A DNA stretch of 64,000 bases from Cycas panzhihuaensis. Lineage: Eukaryota > Plantae > Cycadophyta. Location: positions 172,057,741 through 172,121,740 of the forward strand of contig CM041465.1 in NCBI GenBank assembly GCA_023213395.1. Direction: 5' to 3'. How positions within the stretch are numbered: the first letter of the stretch is position 1; each line of letters starts with the position of its first letter. The position numbers were made by a program, and so were the translations under genes. The notes below the pieces were generated by a model, which was not told the origin of the DNA, ran no database searches, and worked only from the letters and a program-made list of their open reading frames with translations. Shown here piece after piece: positions 1 to 11,546 of the stretch.

Positions 1-284
1 TGAGGATATTTGTCATGCTTTCAATAACAATGAATTGAAGATAATGCTATCGTGCTTTCATAGTTCATTTGTACAATATCGATCTACATTGCTACATTGT
101 TACATAGATTTGTATTAAATATTTGATGCAATATTGTTATTTTGAATATATTAAAGTTTATTATATCTTTCGCCTGTTCTCCTTGTATATTATATTTCCA
201 ACATTTGGTATCAGAGCAGTTTAACTACATTCTATTTTCCTACATTTGGTATCAGAGTAGTTTAGCTATATTTTATTTCCATCA
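1..284 (+). repeat. Element A 5' LTR (3' part)
   Basis: Ends ...TTCCATCA at 284, followed by TT and the PBS; direct repeat of 5129-5413. Confidence 0.9.
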
Positions 285-298
285 TTTGGTATCAGAGC
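206..298 (+). promoter_or_regulatory. Three tandem tRNA-iMet primer-binding sites (206-217, 247-258, 287-298)
   Basis: CA-TT-TGGTATCAGAG(C/T) repeated with a 41/40-bp period; TGGTATCAGAGC is the canonical plant iMet PBS. Confidence 0.9.
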
Positions 299-3200
299 AG
301 GCGATTACTGATCTGTGAAGATTTGTGAAGATCTACGTAGGATTTTCAGTAGTAAGTTATATACATTCAAGTTTTATTCTCATATTTAAGTTATTTTCTC
401 TTTAGATCTACAGATTTATCATATATTTTGACAGTTTATAAGTTTTTTGTCTACTTATTTAATATTTTTTGCAGATTTGCAAAAGAGCATCAGCTGCATA
501 CAAAAGTTATCAAGTTTTCTTCAAAGATCTATAATTTGTTACTTTAGATCTGCTATTTTTATTATAGATCTACTATACTCACGTCGGATTTGTATTATTT
601 AACTTAAGATCTGCTTATTTTATCAAGTTTTTCCAGCATTTTTTGCTACATTTAGTTCAGATCTATTATATTTCATTTCAGATCTATATTTTTCATTATA
701 TTATTTGACTATATTTTCAAGTTTTCTATATATCTAGAATTTCTAGAGCATATTTAGTTTTTTTAGAGAAGAATACATTGCAGATCTATATATTGGAAGT
801 TTTTGAAGCTTATTTTTTAGCTACAAAGTCAGCTACAACTGCGTGTTCCAGGTTCTTCAGTTCCATTTTCAAATTTACACATATTTTATATATCTATTCA
901 ATATATTCCTTTGAAAAATTTTTCAAATATAAATATATAAGTATTTTTTATGATATATTCTCTTCAAAATATTTAAAAAAATTATTAATATTGTGACTCT
1001 GTTATATGAGTATATTGCTCCATTAAGTTGTTTTACTGTTATTATTTGAAGAAATTTCTATAAAATCTCTGTGCATATACAAATAATTACCTTTTTTTAA
1101 TTGATTTTAGAATAGATTTATCCATATTCATATTCAAAACAAATTGAAGAATTTGCTGATATTATAAATTAGCACAATCTTCATTTTTTTGTAAAAATAC
1201 CACATAGAATCTTCCCAGTGATTGGGTGAGTTAGATAAAACCCTCTATCATACAGATTCTTTGTCATGCATTGAACTTAATCCCAATCTGCAGTATCCCA
1301 TAGCAAAAGCACTTCAATCTCTTTGAATACCCATTTCTGTTTCAATACATTTAAAAATTCCAGATACAAATATATATTCCTTTTTAACAAGAAACAACAA
1401 TTTTTGTACAAATATATGATTTTTTAAATTTTTTCTTTATTTTGTATCAAGATAGGCACAATGTGCTTTCTTGTTTTGGTAGTTGATTTCATCCTCTTTT
1501 CTTGGGAGGCATTCCCACTTGATTGGACATTCTAAACAACATTAGAACATCTTCTAATTTAAAAGAAAAAAATAAAAAATAAAAAGACCTAAAGAAGCAG
1601 TACAAATTAGTCCAGACCAACTCCACCCAGGTTCTTTCAAGCAAAATTGAACAAACAATAAGAAATCTGACCCTGCATCCCTGTGTATTCAAAAGATATT
1701 ATTGATTAGCCTCTCAGCTTCACTTTCACCCAGTAAGTTTTTCCATATGATAAATAGTTTGCTCTCTAAGTCCAAGTGCAATTACAACACTAATATAGAA
1801 AAAGTGTGTCCAGTATATTAAAGTCTTTATAAATAAAAGCTGAATATCAACTGTCTTCATATCACTTGTAGCCTTTGTTAGAGCTACAACAAGCGATAAG
1901 CTGTCTACATCGTCATCTGCCTCAACACTAAGCTATCTTATATGGCTTCATTATTAATAACAATGGTCATTGTACGTTAGTGTTTCGGGTGCTATACGTT
2001 ACGTGTGCTGCCCATCTCTTACACGGCTCCCATCTCTCAGCGGCCTACACACAGGTTTGGCACGTAACCTTATGCGGAGAAGCTCCCATCGCAAAGCGGA
2101 ACTATTACTTACATGCACTATCCGCACATCTCAGCATTCGTGCATTAATAACTATGCTCTCTTATTATTATTGCATTCAGCATTCCTTGCGTTTCAGCTT
2201 AGCGTTGGCGTGTTTAGCATTCCTTACGTTTCAGTAGGTTTTGATAGCGCTTTTCGCTTTTCTCCTCCTCTCGCACTCGGGTCCAAGTTCGCTTTTCTGT
2301 TGGTGCACAGCTAAGCGTCTTCTTGGGCGTCTAGACTTGATCTTCTGGTCATTTTTAATAGCATTCTCTTCCATTGATTGGCGCCCTAGCAGCGGCATCT
2401 TCTTAGGCGTCTGGACTTAATCTTCCAGTTGACTTCATTTGCGTAGAGCCATTGTTGTGATAGTTCAGCGCGAGGCTCGACGATTGTGTTTGCATTTACC
2501 GATTGTGTTTGCATTCAGCATTTGCATTGCAATGCGCTTTTTATATTCGTGTATGTAGTCTTTTATGTTTTTGCCAACGGCACTTCATTTTTTATATAGT
2601 TTTAATATTCTTATTATATTCGTGTGTGCATTCAACATTTGTGCTAGCAACCTTTTATGTTTTAAATGTTTATTGATGGCACTTCATTTTTTTATATAGT
2701 TTTAATATAAAATTTAAAAGAATCAAAATTTATTGCATAATTTTTTCAAATCTGGGGTTTAAAGGGTTTAATCCCCTTTCACTTTCAGTCCCTGATCCTA
2801 TTTCACCATCACATGACTGCTAGTCACTTCCAAAAAGGTTTTTTATATTTTTATAAATGTTTTTTATTTTTATTTTTTTTAATTTTTTATTTTTTATAGG
2901 GTTATTGGCGTTTTTTTGCCATATCTCTTCGCTAGAGCATTGGTTTCAGACGAAACCACCTCCATTAGATTAGAAATTTTCTGTACACCAGTTTTGACTA
3001 GCAATATGACTAATTTGGTGCCAATTTGACCTTATTTCGGCTAATTTAATATCAGACACTCAAAATTTTAGTATTTTTCACACTTTTAATAAAATCACTT
3101 TTAGAACCAATCGTAATTTATTACTAGTAAATTTTTTTCTACCTAAATTTCTTCTATAGAGATCTACGTTCTAAAAACTTCAATACCCACTTCTTATTTT

Positions 3201-4130
3201 AATTTTTTGAATTCATTTTTATTAGTATTTTAATCGGTAAAAGTGAGAATTTAGTGTTTTTAGCATGTTTCTTAACATTTTACATAAAAACACCTCTTAC
3301 CATTTTTGCTATAAGTTTTCTATTCTGTATCATATCTCAATTCCGTTAGCTTCATTGGGAATCTAACTCAATTCTCTTCGATTTGACATAATTTTTTATA
3401 CATTTTGACATATTTTTCCTAATTTTCAAATCATTCAAAATTGATGTACCTTATTACCTCAAATCTGCTATTTGTACACTTTTTTTTATATATTTTTTCA
3501 AAATTTTTCAATTGAAAGTATATTGAACAATTTTATAAACAATACTTGATCACTTTACAGTATTCTATAAGTATTTTGTTAGCATTGTGATCCCCTGCTC
3601 CTGTTTAGCCTCAAAACGATGCATATACTTCTGATTCATTAAAACTTGATTTCTAGGAACCCGTTTTCAGAACGGTTAGTTTCGTTGGGTTCAATTTTGT
3701 TTATCTTTATACTTGTAAAGTTTTATATCATTCTAATATCATTTAATATACTTTTGAATCCCTCAAACCTAAGGTTATCATTCAAACGTTCTTTTAAGAA
3801 GCATATTAATTTTTATTAAAAATTTCTTTATGTTGTTATTTTTTTCAAAGTAAAAAATACTTTTATATATTTCATTTTTAGCATTTTACATTATTATTAA
3901 GGCAAAAGATCTTTATATGTACTCTTATATTCACTTTATCTCGAAGTTTATTTGAAAGGCATACCTATATTGAAAAGTTTTTTTATCATTTTAAAAAAAA
4001 GATTATTTTCTTATTATACCTAGTTGACTAACTTTTTAAAGGGTATTTGAAATCATATATATTCATTGATTTATTAATATTTTAACTTGTTAAAGCATAT
4101 TCATTCTACATACTAAAGTTGTTTGATAAA

Positions 4131-4979
4131 ATGACTCAATTCCCTATTTTTTATGGCCAAAATTTTGCACAATGGCATAACACTATAAGAAACTATTTTA
4201 TTGAACATGATTTGTGGAAATATTTGCAACATGATTATGATGTTAGTATTAAAGAATATGTTCGAAAAGATAATGAAGTATTAGGTTTATTATTTTGTAC
4301 TATGAATGATGAAATTTTTTCAAAGGTATGTGATTTGACAACATCTAAGTCTGTTTGGGATTTATTGATTTCCATTTATGGGGGAGATACCTCCAATGTA
4401 TTTGATAAAATTTTTTATGAGCATGCAAGACACGTAACAGAACAGGTAGATCATGATGATAAAACCAATGAAGATTCGGATCAAATGCAGGACCACCTTG
4501 TTGCACAAGGATTTAATCCTCCATTTAAGGGGGAGAATGAAGATGAATCTTATGACATAATGAAGAATGAATGTGATGATATGACAAAGAATGAACATGA
4601 TGATATGACAGTTGTTCAAAGTATAAAGATTATTAAAGTTCAAGTTCAAAGCCTTCTTAATGTTCCAGTTGACAAAGTCAAAATTACAGCTATTCATTTA
4701 TATTTGAATCAAGTTTCATCTACTTATAGTTTTTCTACATCATTCCATGATAAAGAAACATATGTGGCTATAAGGGTGGGAATAGTTGATAAAGATAAAG
4801 ATCATAATTTCAAAGTTTTTTTCAAGTACCAGTTCCATAAGTTCAAGGAAAAGATACAAGTGTTCGTGTTGACATTAAGGGGGAGAATGTTGGAGTGTAA
4901 TGTCATCACTCAACTCCCTCTTACCTACCAAGATTGTGCACTTCAATTTAGACATGTGATGCTCAACATGTCAAGGTAA
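4131..4979 (+). CDS. gag: Truncated copia Gag (N-terminal capsid region, Retrotran_gag_2/UBN2-like) with an acidic linker and a pol-tail-like C-terminus
   Basis: Open frame (ATG 4131; ORF track 4119-4979). Motifs FYGQNFAQW..IRNYFIEHDLWKY, KDNEVLGLLFCTMNDEIFSKV and TSKSVWDLL. Reads through the PPT (LRGRM) into the 3' LTR; no zinc knuckle. Confidence 0.8.
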   Translation: MTQFPIFYGQNFAQWHNTIRNYFIEHDLWKYLQHDYDVSIKEYVRKDNEVLGLLFCTMNDEIFSKVCDLTTSKSVWDLLISIYGGDTSNVFDKIFYEHARHVTEQVDHDDKTNEDSDQMQDHLVAQGFNPPFKGENEDESYDIMKNECDDMTKNEHDDMTVVQSIKIIKVQVQSLLNVPVDKVKITAIHLYLNQVSSTYSFSTSFHDKETYVAIRVGIVDKDKDHNFKVFFKYQFHKFKEKIQVFVLTLRGRMLECNVITQLPLTYQDCALQFRHVMLNMSR

Positions 4980-5413
4980 GTTAATATTAATTTGAGTTAG
5001 TTTATTTGAGTTAAGTTATATTATTTTATTATTAATTTAAATTCAGGGGTTAAGGAGTTTTCCTTGTCCCCCAAAACTATTTATATTATGGGGTGTACAA
5101 CCCTGGTGTCTTTAAACACTGCCTTCTTTGAGGATATTTGTCATGCTCTCAACAACAATAGATTAAAGACAATGCTATCATGCTCTCATAGTTCATTTAT
5201 GCAACATCGATCTATATTGCTATATTGTTACATAGATTTGTATTGAATATTTAATGCAATATTGTTATTTTTGAATATATTAAAGTTTATTATATCTTCT
5301 ACCTATTTTCTTTATGTATTATATTTCTAACATTTGGTATCAGAGCAATTTAACTACATTTTATTTTCCTACATTTGGTATCAGAGCAGTTTAGCTACAT
5401 TCTATTTCCATCA
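4888..5413 (+). repeat. Element A 3' LTR (526 bp) containing two internal PBS copies (5335-5346, 5376-5387)
   Basis: Starts TGTTGGAG directly after the PPT and ends TTCCATCA. Confidence 0.9.
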
Positions 5414-5660
5414 ACTTTAGGAAAAATGTGATCCTCTAGTGTACAAAAAATAAGTGTGAGTACTTCATTGTCTTTCTTGGCATTGTCTTTATAGCTCTTC
5501 TTCTCATCTCCATTGATGATTTTATTAATTTTTTCATATCCTGCATGAATGAGCTCATATATATCTTTTGTAATAAAAATAGGCCTTATTTACCTATTTC
5601 AATTGAGAAAATTTGATCCATTGAACTTAGGTACAATAACATTCCCAAGATTTGTTACTA
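5414..5660 (-). pseudogene. gag: gag N-terminal fragment of element F
   Basis: KFNGSNF motif and a KDNEVL..FCT segment homologous to the Gag of A; stops and frameshifts. Confidence 0.75.
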
Positions 5661-7913
5661 TTATAAAGAGAAAATTACCTTGAAATGTAACCCAAAAAAT
5701 GTAAAATGCTTGAAAGTAAAGAAATGTAAACAAAGCAGCAAAGAAAGACAATAGAAGTGCACTCAACAAACATATAATATATCTTATTTCACCTTTGGGA
5801 CATGCACAAATGTCCCAATTGGGACTCTAATTACCTCAACAAGTAATAATTTTTATTATTGATATGTTACAATAAGTTTTTTCACTAGTTTATACAAGGG
5901 TCATCGTGTAGGAAGTCCTTCACTAATGCCTTTTTAGAGGATGAAATAAGTATATACAATGACTTTTATTTTTATTTTTTGACTTCATAACCCTCTAGAC
6001 AATACAAAATAGAGTCCAACACTTCATACGTAACCCAATTCTAATATTGAATTACAAAGATACGCATTAAAAACTTTTACAAAAAAATGACTTTTTAACA
6101 AAAATGACTCAAAAATACATTGCATAAATTTCACTTATTAAAATGTCTTTCAATCCGAAATCAAAGGTAGTCATGTGACCACTTGTTTCAACTAGGTTTA
6201 AGTGAACTTTAATCTAGTGTAAATAGAACCAACTTTTGACCTTGTTGGTGAAAGTGCACTTACCTGGAGTAGAGGTAGGTCCTATTTTTCAATAGTTGTC
6301 TTAAAATTTTCTTTTGGCTTCCTTTGTAAAAATGAAGTTGGTCACTTTATTCCTGTATATGACTTGTAATAGAGGCTATCTGGTTGTTGATTGGCACATA
6401 TTTCTTAACGACTTAAAAGTGGGGCCCACACAAACAAATGGCTTTCTAAACTTTATGTAATATAATCAAATTATTAAATGTTAATAAATCTATTGAAAAA
6501 GAGTTTGTATGACCAATGTGAATGCTTAAAACTTCTGTATTACAATTAATAAAGGCACAAAGGGTAGTCAGATAGTTCGTTAATCAATGAAACACTATGG
6601 AAAGCTTAGATAGTATGTAGGAAAAGCCAAAAGGCCACAAATAAGGTTATAAATATAATGACTAAAGGCACAACTAGATGCAATCCGTATGTGATTAATT
6701 AGAGGGTGTTTTGAACAGTGTTTGATGCACAAAACAACATATAAAAGGGTAGCATAAATGGACATAATAAAATAAATATATTAAGAAATATTTTATTAAG
6801 ATTGTAAGGTATAATTTTAGGGTGTAAACTTCAATAAAAAATCAACCATAATTTCACAAAATGGTGGCACAAATACCAAGAGAAAATAAGCATAAATATT
6901 TTCTAAAGAGGGGTGCACTATATAAGGTTGGAAAAATATCAAAATATTTGAATAAAGAAATAGTCATGGATGCCCTTTTTTAGTCGTACGACCGTACAAG
7001 AGGTATAGAGAAAATGATTTGTAGAAAACATGTGCAAAGGCTAAGGAAACACACATAGGGTAGTTGTATGGTCTCCAAATAGTTATGCACTTAAATTTAG
7101 ATCATTAAATGGCTCTAATGTGACTTCTTTAGTAGAATATTATTGAGAAAAGGGTCGTACGAATGTTAGAGATAGAGGAGGGTGCAAATAAGATATATGG
7201 ATGGCAAATACTTCAGATGGATAGATATACAGTAAAATATTGCCATCTTCATTTTGTTTAAGAAAAACCAGAGACTCATACACTTGTGCATGCCAATAAT
7301 AAACATCAAATTGAGTTCAAAATGGATATATAATAGTAAGGATGCAATAGAAATAGTAGTGGAATACAAACTCCTTCAATAACAAAATGAATTGCTCATG
7401 AATGATCCAAATTGCATGTAACATAAGGTATTTTCTTCAACAGAACCCCAAATAATTGATAAATTTTAAATATAAGCTTATGAAAAATAAATATTGACTA
7501 ATAATTCAAATGTAATGAGTGCACACAACAAAAGAACTCTTCACAAGACTTTGAACGTATCTCTAGGTACATACATCACTTCTGTAACAGGAGAGATCTC
7601 AAGCAACATTCTAATAATACTATGATAACACTCTAATACCAATTGGTGGAAATATGGGAGTTAGGGGAAGTGACATAGTGCAACAAAGGGAAAATCAAAT
7701 GTTTAGTATAATGGTGGTGTTGATGAATACTAAGGTCTTCAGACCCCTTGAATAAATAGATGAAAGTTGAGCAGGAACCTGTCTACCGCTAACTAGTATT
7801 TAGAAACATTGTTAAGAAATCCACTCAAATGATGATAATATTCGACTAAGTCGGCTGCACCAAGCCCTATGTCATCATGTGCCGATATTAGCCCTAATGG
7901 GCATTATCTAACA
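5414..7913 (-). mobile_element. Element F: 5' part of a copia-type LTR element related to A (LTR, PBS, ~2-kb leader, gag start), interrupted by A
   Basis: Minus-strand PBS TGGTATTAGAG (7631-7641) next to an LTR-like block 7644-7913 (minus TGTTAGA...TTCCACCA). Minus translation of 5414-5660 gives VPKFNGSNFLN*N and KKDNEVLTLIFCTLEDHIFPKV. Confidence 0.72.
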
Positions 7914-9190
7914 AAGCTAAAGGCAAGAGAGATGCTTTTAAAAATTCTTTATTTATTTGCTTTGTTGAGCCTTCTCTTCCTATAAATTCTATGGCAATAG
8001 CATCCCACTTGGAAGGTCTTCTACTTTTTTTATTTTCTTCTTTAATAAGAACTCAATAATCCTTTAAATAATGGAAGGATGGGTTATAGTAGTAGTTTCA
8101 TCTATTGCCCATCCTTCTATGTTTCCTTTAATTGTAAAGCAGAGAATTCCTATAATGTCCCGGCCTTCATGATGTGTACAAATATAATGGATGCAACCTC
8201 ACAAACATGCCTAGAAAACATCAAAGATAAAGACTTCTAAGCTTATGCTATTATACCATTAGGCAACTTTTCTCTTAATTTCAAAAATTCCATCCTCTTG
8301 CTACTCACAAATTTCCTACTAAGATAAGAAATTTAGTCTCGGTGCCTTATTTATCTAAAATTTTGGCTCCAATGGGAACATTTGGTTCTTTAGCTACAAG
8401 TTCCTTTATAAAATGAATATATTCACCTCTCACATATGTTTTTCCATCTTTAAAATTTCTAATAAAGAAACCTACATCTGTTAACTGATAACATGGATGC
8501 TTCAATAAGAAAGATAATACATACCTAGTTTCTTAAGAGCTCCTTCTAGCTTCCAAATCCTCTAAACCATTCTCTAATAATCTTCTCCTTTTCATATGAT
8601 AAGTGGCTATCTTGCTTCTTTTTGTGCTTCCGTTGTTGGGTTTTTCTACCTCCAAGAATAATTGTGATTTTATTTGGCACTTATAGTGCAAAGCCTCCCT
8701 TTTTAATAAAATGTTCCTTTGCTTTATATGCCAAGGGTTTTAACCCTTCCTCTTCCTCTGTCTGGCCTAATGATCCTCCATCCTCCTTTGTCTGACTTAA
8801 TAGGCCTCCTTTTGTATTCATGGGTTTTTCTTATATCTACTCTAAAGATAATTTGATTCCCTTTTAGAGTTACACTTCTCCCTTAAGAAGTCATTCACTC
8901 TTTCCTTCCTATATTTCTCCATTACAAAGCTACTCACTCTTTCTTTTTTACACTTTCTCATACAAAATTGTTCATTCTGTCCTTCTTCAAAGGCTGCTAC
9001 CTTTACTTTTTCTTATTCCTTCTTTATTATATTAAAAGAACTATGTGTCTTCCTTGCCATTTTGTCCATAGATTTTCCTCACCCAATTAACCTTCTTTTT
9101 TACCTTGACTTTTGAAGAATAGGTGTATCCTTCCATTCTAGTCTTCTTTTAAAATGCAACTCCCCAGTCAAATTAGATCCAAATTCAAAT
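7914..9190 (-). pseudogene. Gypsy accessory 3' ORF, tandem copy 2 (truncated by F)
   Basis: Paralogous to ~9980-11150 (~2.0-kb offset); shares the WKDTPIL, MARK and VRGE.IH..KELVA motifs. Confidence 0.65.
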
Positions 9191-9199
9191 CCAAGAAAT

Positions 9200-11200
9200 G
9201 ATCCTCAACTACTATCTCTACTTTTTCTTTCATTTGTTCTTTATCTTATGCCCAAGATTGGATTAATTCCTTGCTAATTTTGGGCATAAGTTTCTTACAA
9301 TTTTGAACTCATTATTAACTATCCATGTAAAGCTAATGCAGATTATGCATCTTTAGCATTTACTCTATGATATTAGGGGACTTCTATATCCTTCCTTCTA
9401 TACTCAGTGAGGCCATTTGTTCTTTGAAATTTTGCTCTCCATACAAACCTAAGGGCTTGAATATGCATGCTCCCTATTGAAATATTTAGATTACTTTCAA
9501 TTAGTTTCATAAAGTCACTTGATAAAAGCATCTTAACTAAGAGATCCCAATCCTCCTCATTGTGGTCTTCCCATAAACATTCAAATACTTCAAATCAATT
9601 GTTCATGACTAGGGTATTAGTAAGAAATGACTTCAACTTTAATGCAAGATCTCTCTCCAAATATGTAAGATTATATGTTTGAGGAAGAGGTGTTCATTCT
9701 ATGAATAAGATAACCAATTTCATGAGAGAATCAACAAATGGGACTTTCCCCTCTTGTAATCTTAAAGATTGCTAATCTATTATTGTAACCATTGACTTCT
9801 TCTACTTCACTACTTCTTTTCTTATAGAATCCAATTTTGTTTTTTGCTTAAGAACTCAAGCCTACAAGTTATTTCTTTCTTCCACCTAAAAGCCTCATAG
9901 CATATTATCATATTCTCTCAGTATAGTTTGTGTGTCCTATAGCCATTTTCTTTCTATCTTAATTTCAATCTAAAGGTAACCTTTATTTATTTATTTTATT
10001 GAGTATTATCTTCCTGTAAATTTTATTACAATAGTGTCCTACTTAGAAGATATTCCACTTACTTTATTTTCTTTTTCGATATGAACTCAGTAATCCTTTG
10101 AATAATGGAAGGATGAGTTTTAATAGTAGTTTCACCTGCTACCTATCCTTCCATGTTTCCTTTAATTATGGAGTAAAGAATTCTTGAAATATCCACCTAT
10201 TCATGATGTGTAAAAATACAATAGATGCAACCTCACAAACACATATGGAGAGCATCGAAGATAAAGATTTCCAAGGTTCTACTAATAAACCTTTAGGCAA
10301 CTTTTCCCTTAATTTCAAAAATTTCATCCTCTTGCTCTTCACAAAATTTCTTACTAAAGCAAGAAATTCAATCTGGGTGCCCTTATCATCTCAAGTTTTT
10401 GCTCTTATAGGAACATTCAGTGCTTGAGCTACAAGTTCCTTTGTTAAATGAATAAATTCACCTCTCACATGTGTTTTTCTATCTTTAAAATTTCTAATGA
10501 AGAAACCTATATCTATTAATTGATCATTTGGATATTTCTAATAGTAGAGAGAATACATACCCAATTTCCTAATAGCTCCTTCCAGCTTCCAAATCCTCTC
10601 AATCATTCTTTGAGAATTTCCTCCTTTCTGCATGATAAGTGGCTATCTTGGCTTGTTTTTTGTGCTCCCATAATCAATTTCTTTTGCCTCCAAGAATAAT
10701 TGTCAATTTCTTTGTCATTAGTAGTGCATTTTCTCCTTTTTCCTCCTTTGTATAGATCAATGAACCTCCTCCCTTCCATGTTTGGGCTAGTAAACCTTCT
10801 TTTGTATTTGTGGGTTTTTCCTGCCTCAACTTTAAGGAAAATATGTTTCCCTTTTGACCTTACATTTCTCCCTTATGAAGTCATTTACTATTTCCTTCCT
10901 ATATTTTTCCTTTACGAAGTTGCTTGGTCTTTTCTTCTGGTATTTTTCACTTCCAAAATTATTTGCTCTTTCTTTCCATAGAGGCTATCACCTTCACTTT
11001 CTTTTATTCCTTCATTATTGTATTAAAGAACTATGCTTCTTCCTTGCCATTTCTTCGATAGTTTCTCCCTAGCCAACTAACCTCCTTTTCGGTCTTTATT
11101 TTTTAAGGATAGGGGTATCTTTCCACCCCATTCCACTTCTAAAATGCACCTCCTCCTTTTTTATCTTTTTCCCATACTAAGGGTATTAACAAAAAAATAA
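9200..11200 (-). pseudogene. Gypsy accessory 3' ORF, tandem copy 1 (resembles the plant-transposon/Athila-type accessory domain)
   Basis: Long minus frames broken mainly by TAG/TGA at Trp/Gln positions: FFIRNFKDRKTHVRGEFIHLTKELVAQALNVP..W..EPWKSL and a C-terminal YLERDLALKLKSFL..WDLLVKMLLS. Confidence 0.65.
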
Positions 11201-11546
11201 TTCTTCTAATGCCCTCCTCCTTTTAATCATTTGTCTAATTCTTTTAAAAGAAAATCCTACCTTCACTTTTAATTGAGGATGGTATCAAATTTGTTTATAT
11301 TATCTTAGTGAAGGCTTTTTAAATTTTATTTTATTTTCCTATGTTACCTTAAAATTCTTAATGGTAAGAATGTCATACACCTTATATTCATATTTTTTTT
11401 AAAGTAAGTTCTTTTGCAATTACATTGTCTTTTTAATCTTAGAATTTTTCCTATGAACCTCAATATCCACACATCTGTAATATCTACAACATTACAACAA
11501 TATTCAAAATATTTACAACAATTGCAATGTTGCCTTTGCAACATCA

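Larger units (their letters stand above)
1..5413 (+). mobile_element. Element A: non-autonomous gag-only (TR-GAG-like) copia-type LTR retrotransposon; 5' LTR truncated by the window edge
   Basis: 1-284 matches 5129-5413 (~90%, differences almost all transitions). PBS TGGTATCAGAGC at 287-298, PPT AAGGGGGAGAA at 4877-4887. Only a Gag-like ORF is present; no RT/INT motifs internally. Confidence 0.88.

Noticed and set aside
196-298. CRISPR-like repeat-spacer pattern
   Set aside because: The spacers are near-identical to each other, the repeat is the iMet PBS, the context is a eukaryotic TE, and there are no cas genes.
1970-2314. 114-aa ORF as a gene
   Set aside because: Non-ATG start, no motif, lies in the GC-rich island.
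2379-2390. TGGCGCCC as a second PBS
   Set aside because: Short match, not preceded by an LTR CA end.
9467-11072. Plus-strand ORFs (9467, 10203, 10700, 10854) and similar ones over C/D/B
   Set aside because: Antisense shadows of minus-strand decayed retroelement coding frames.
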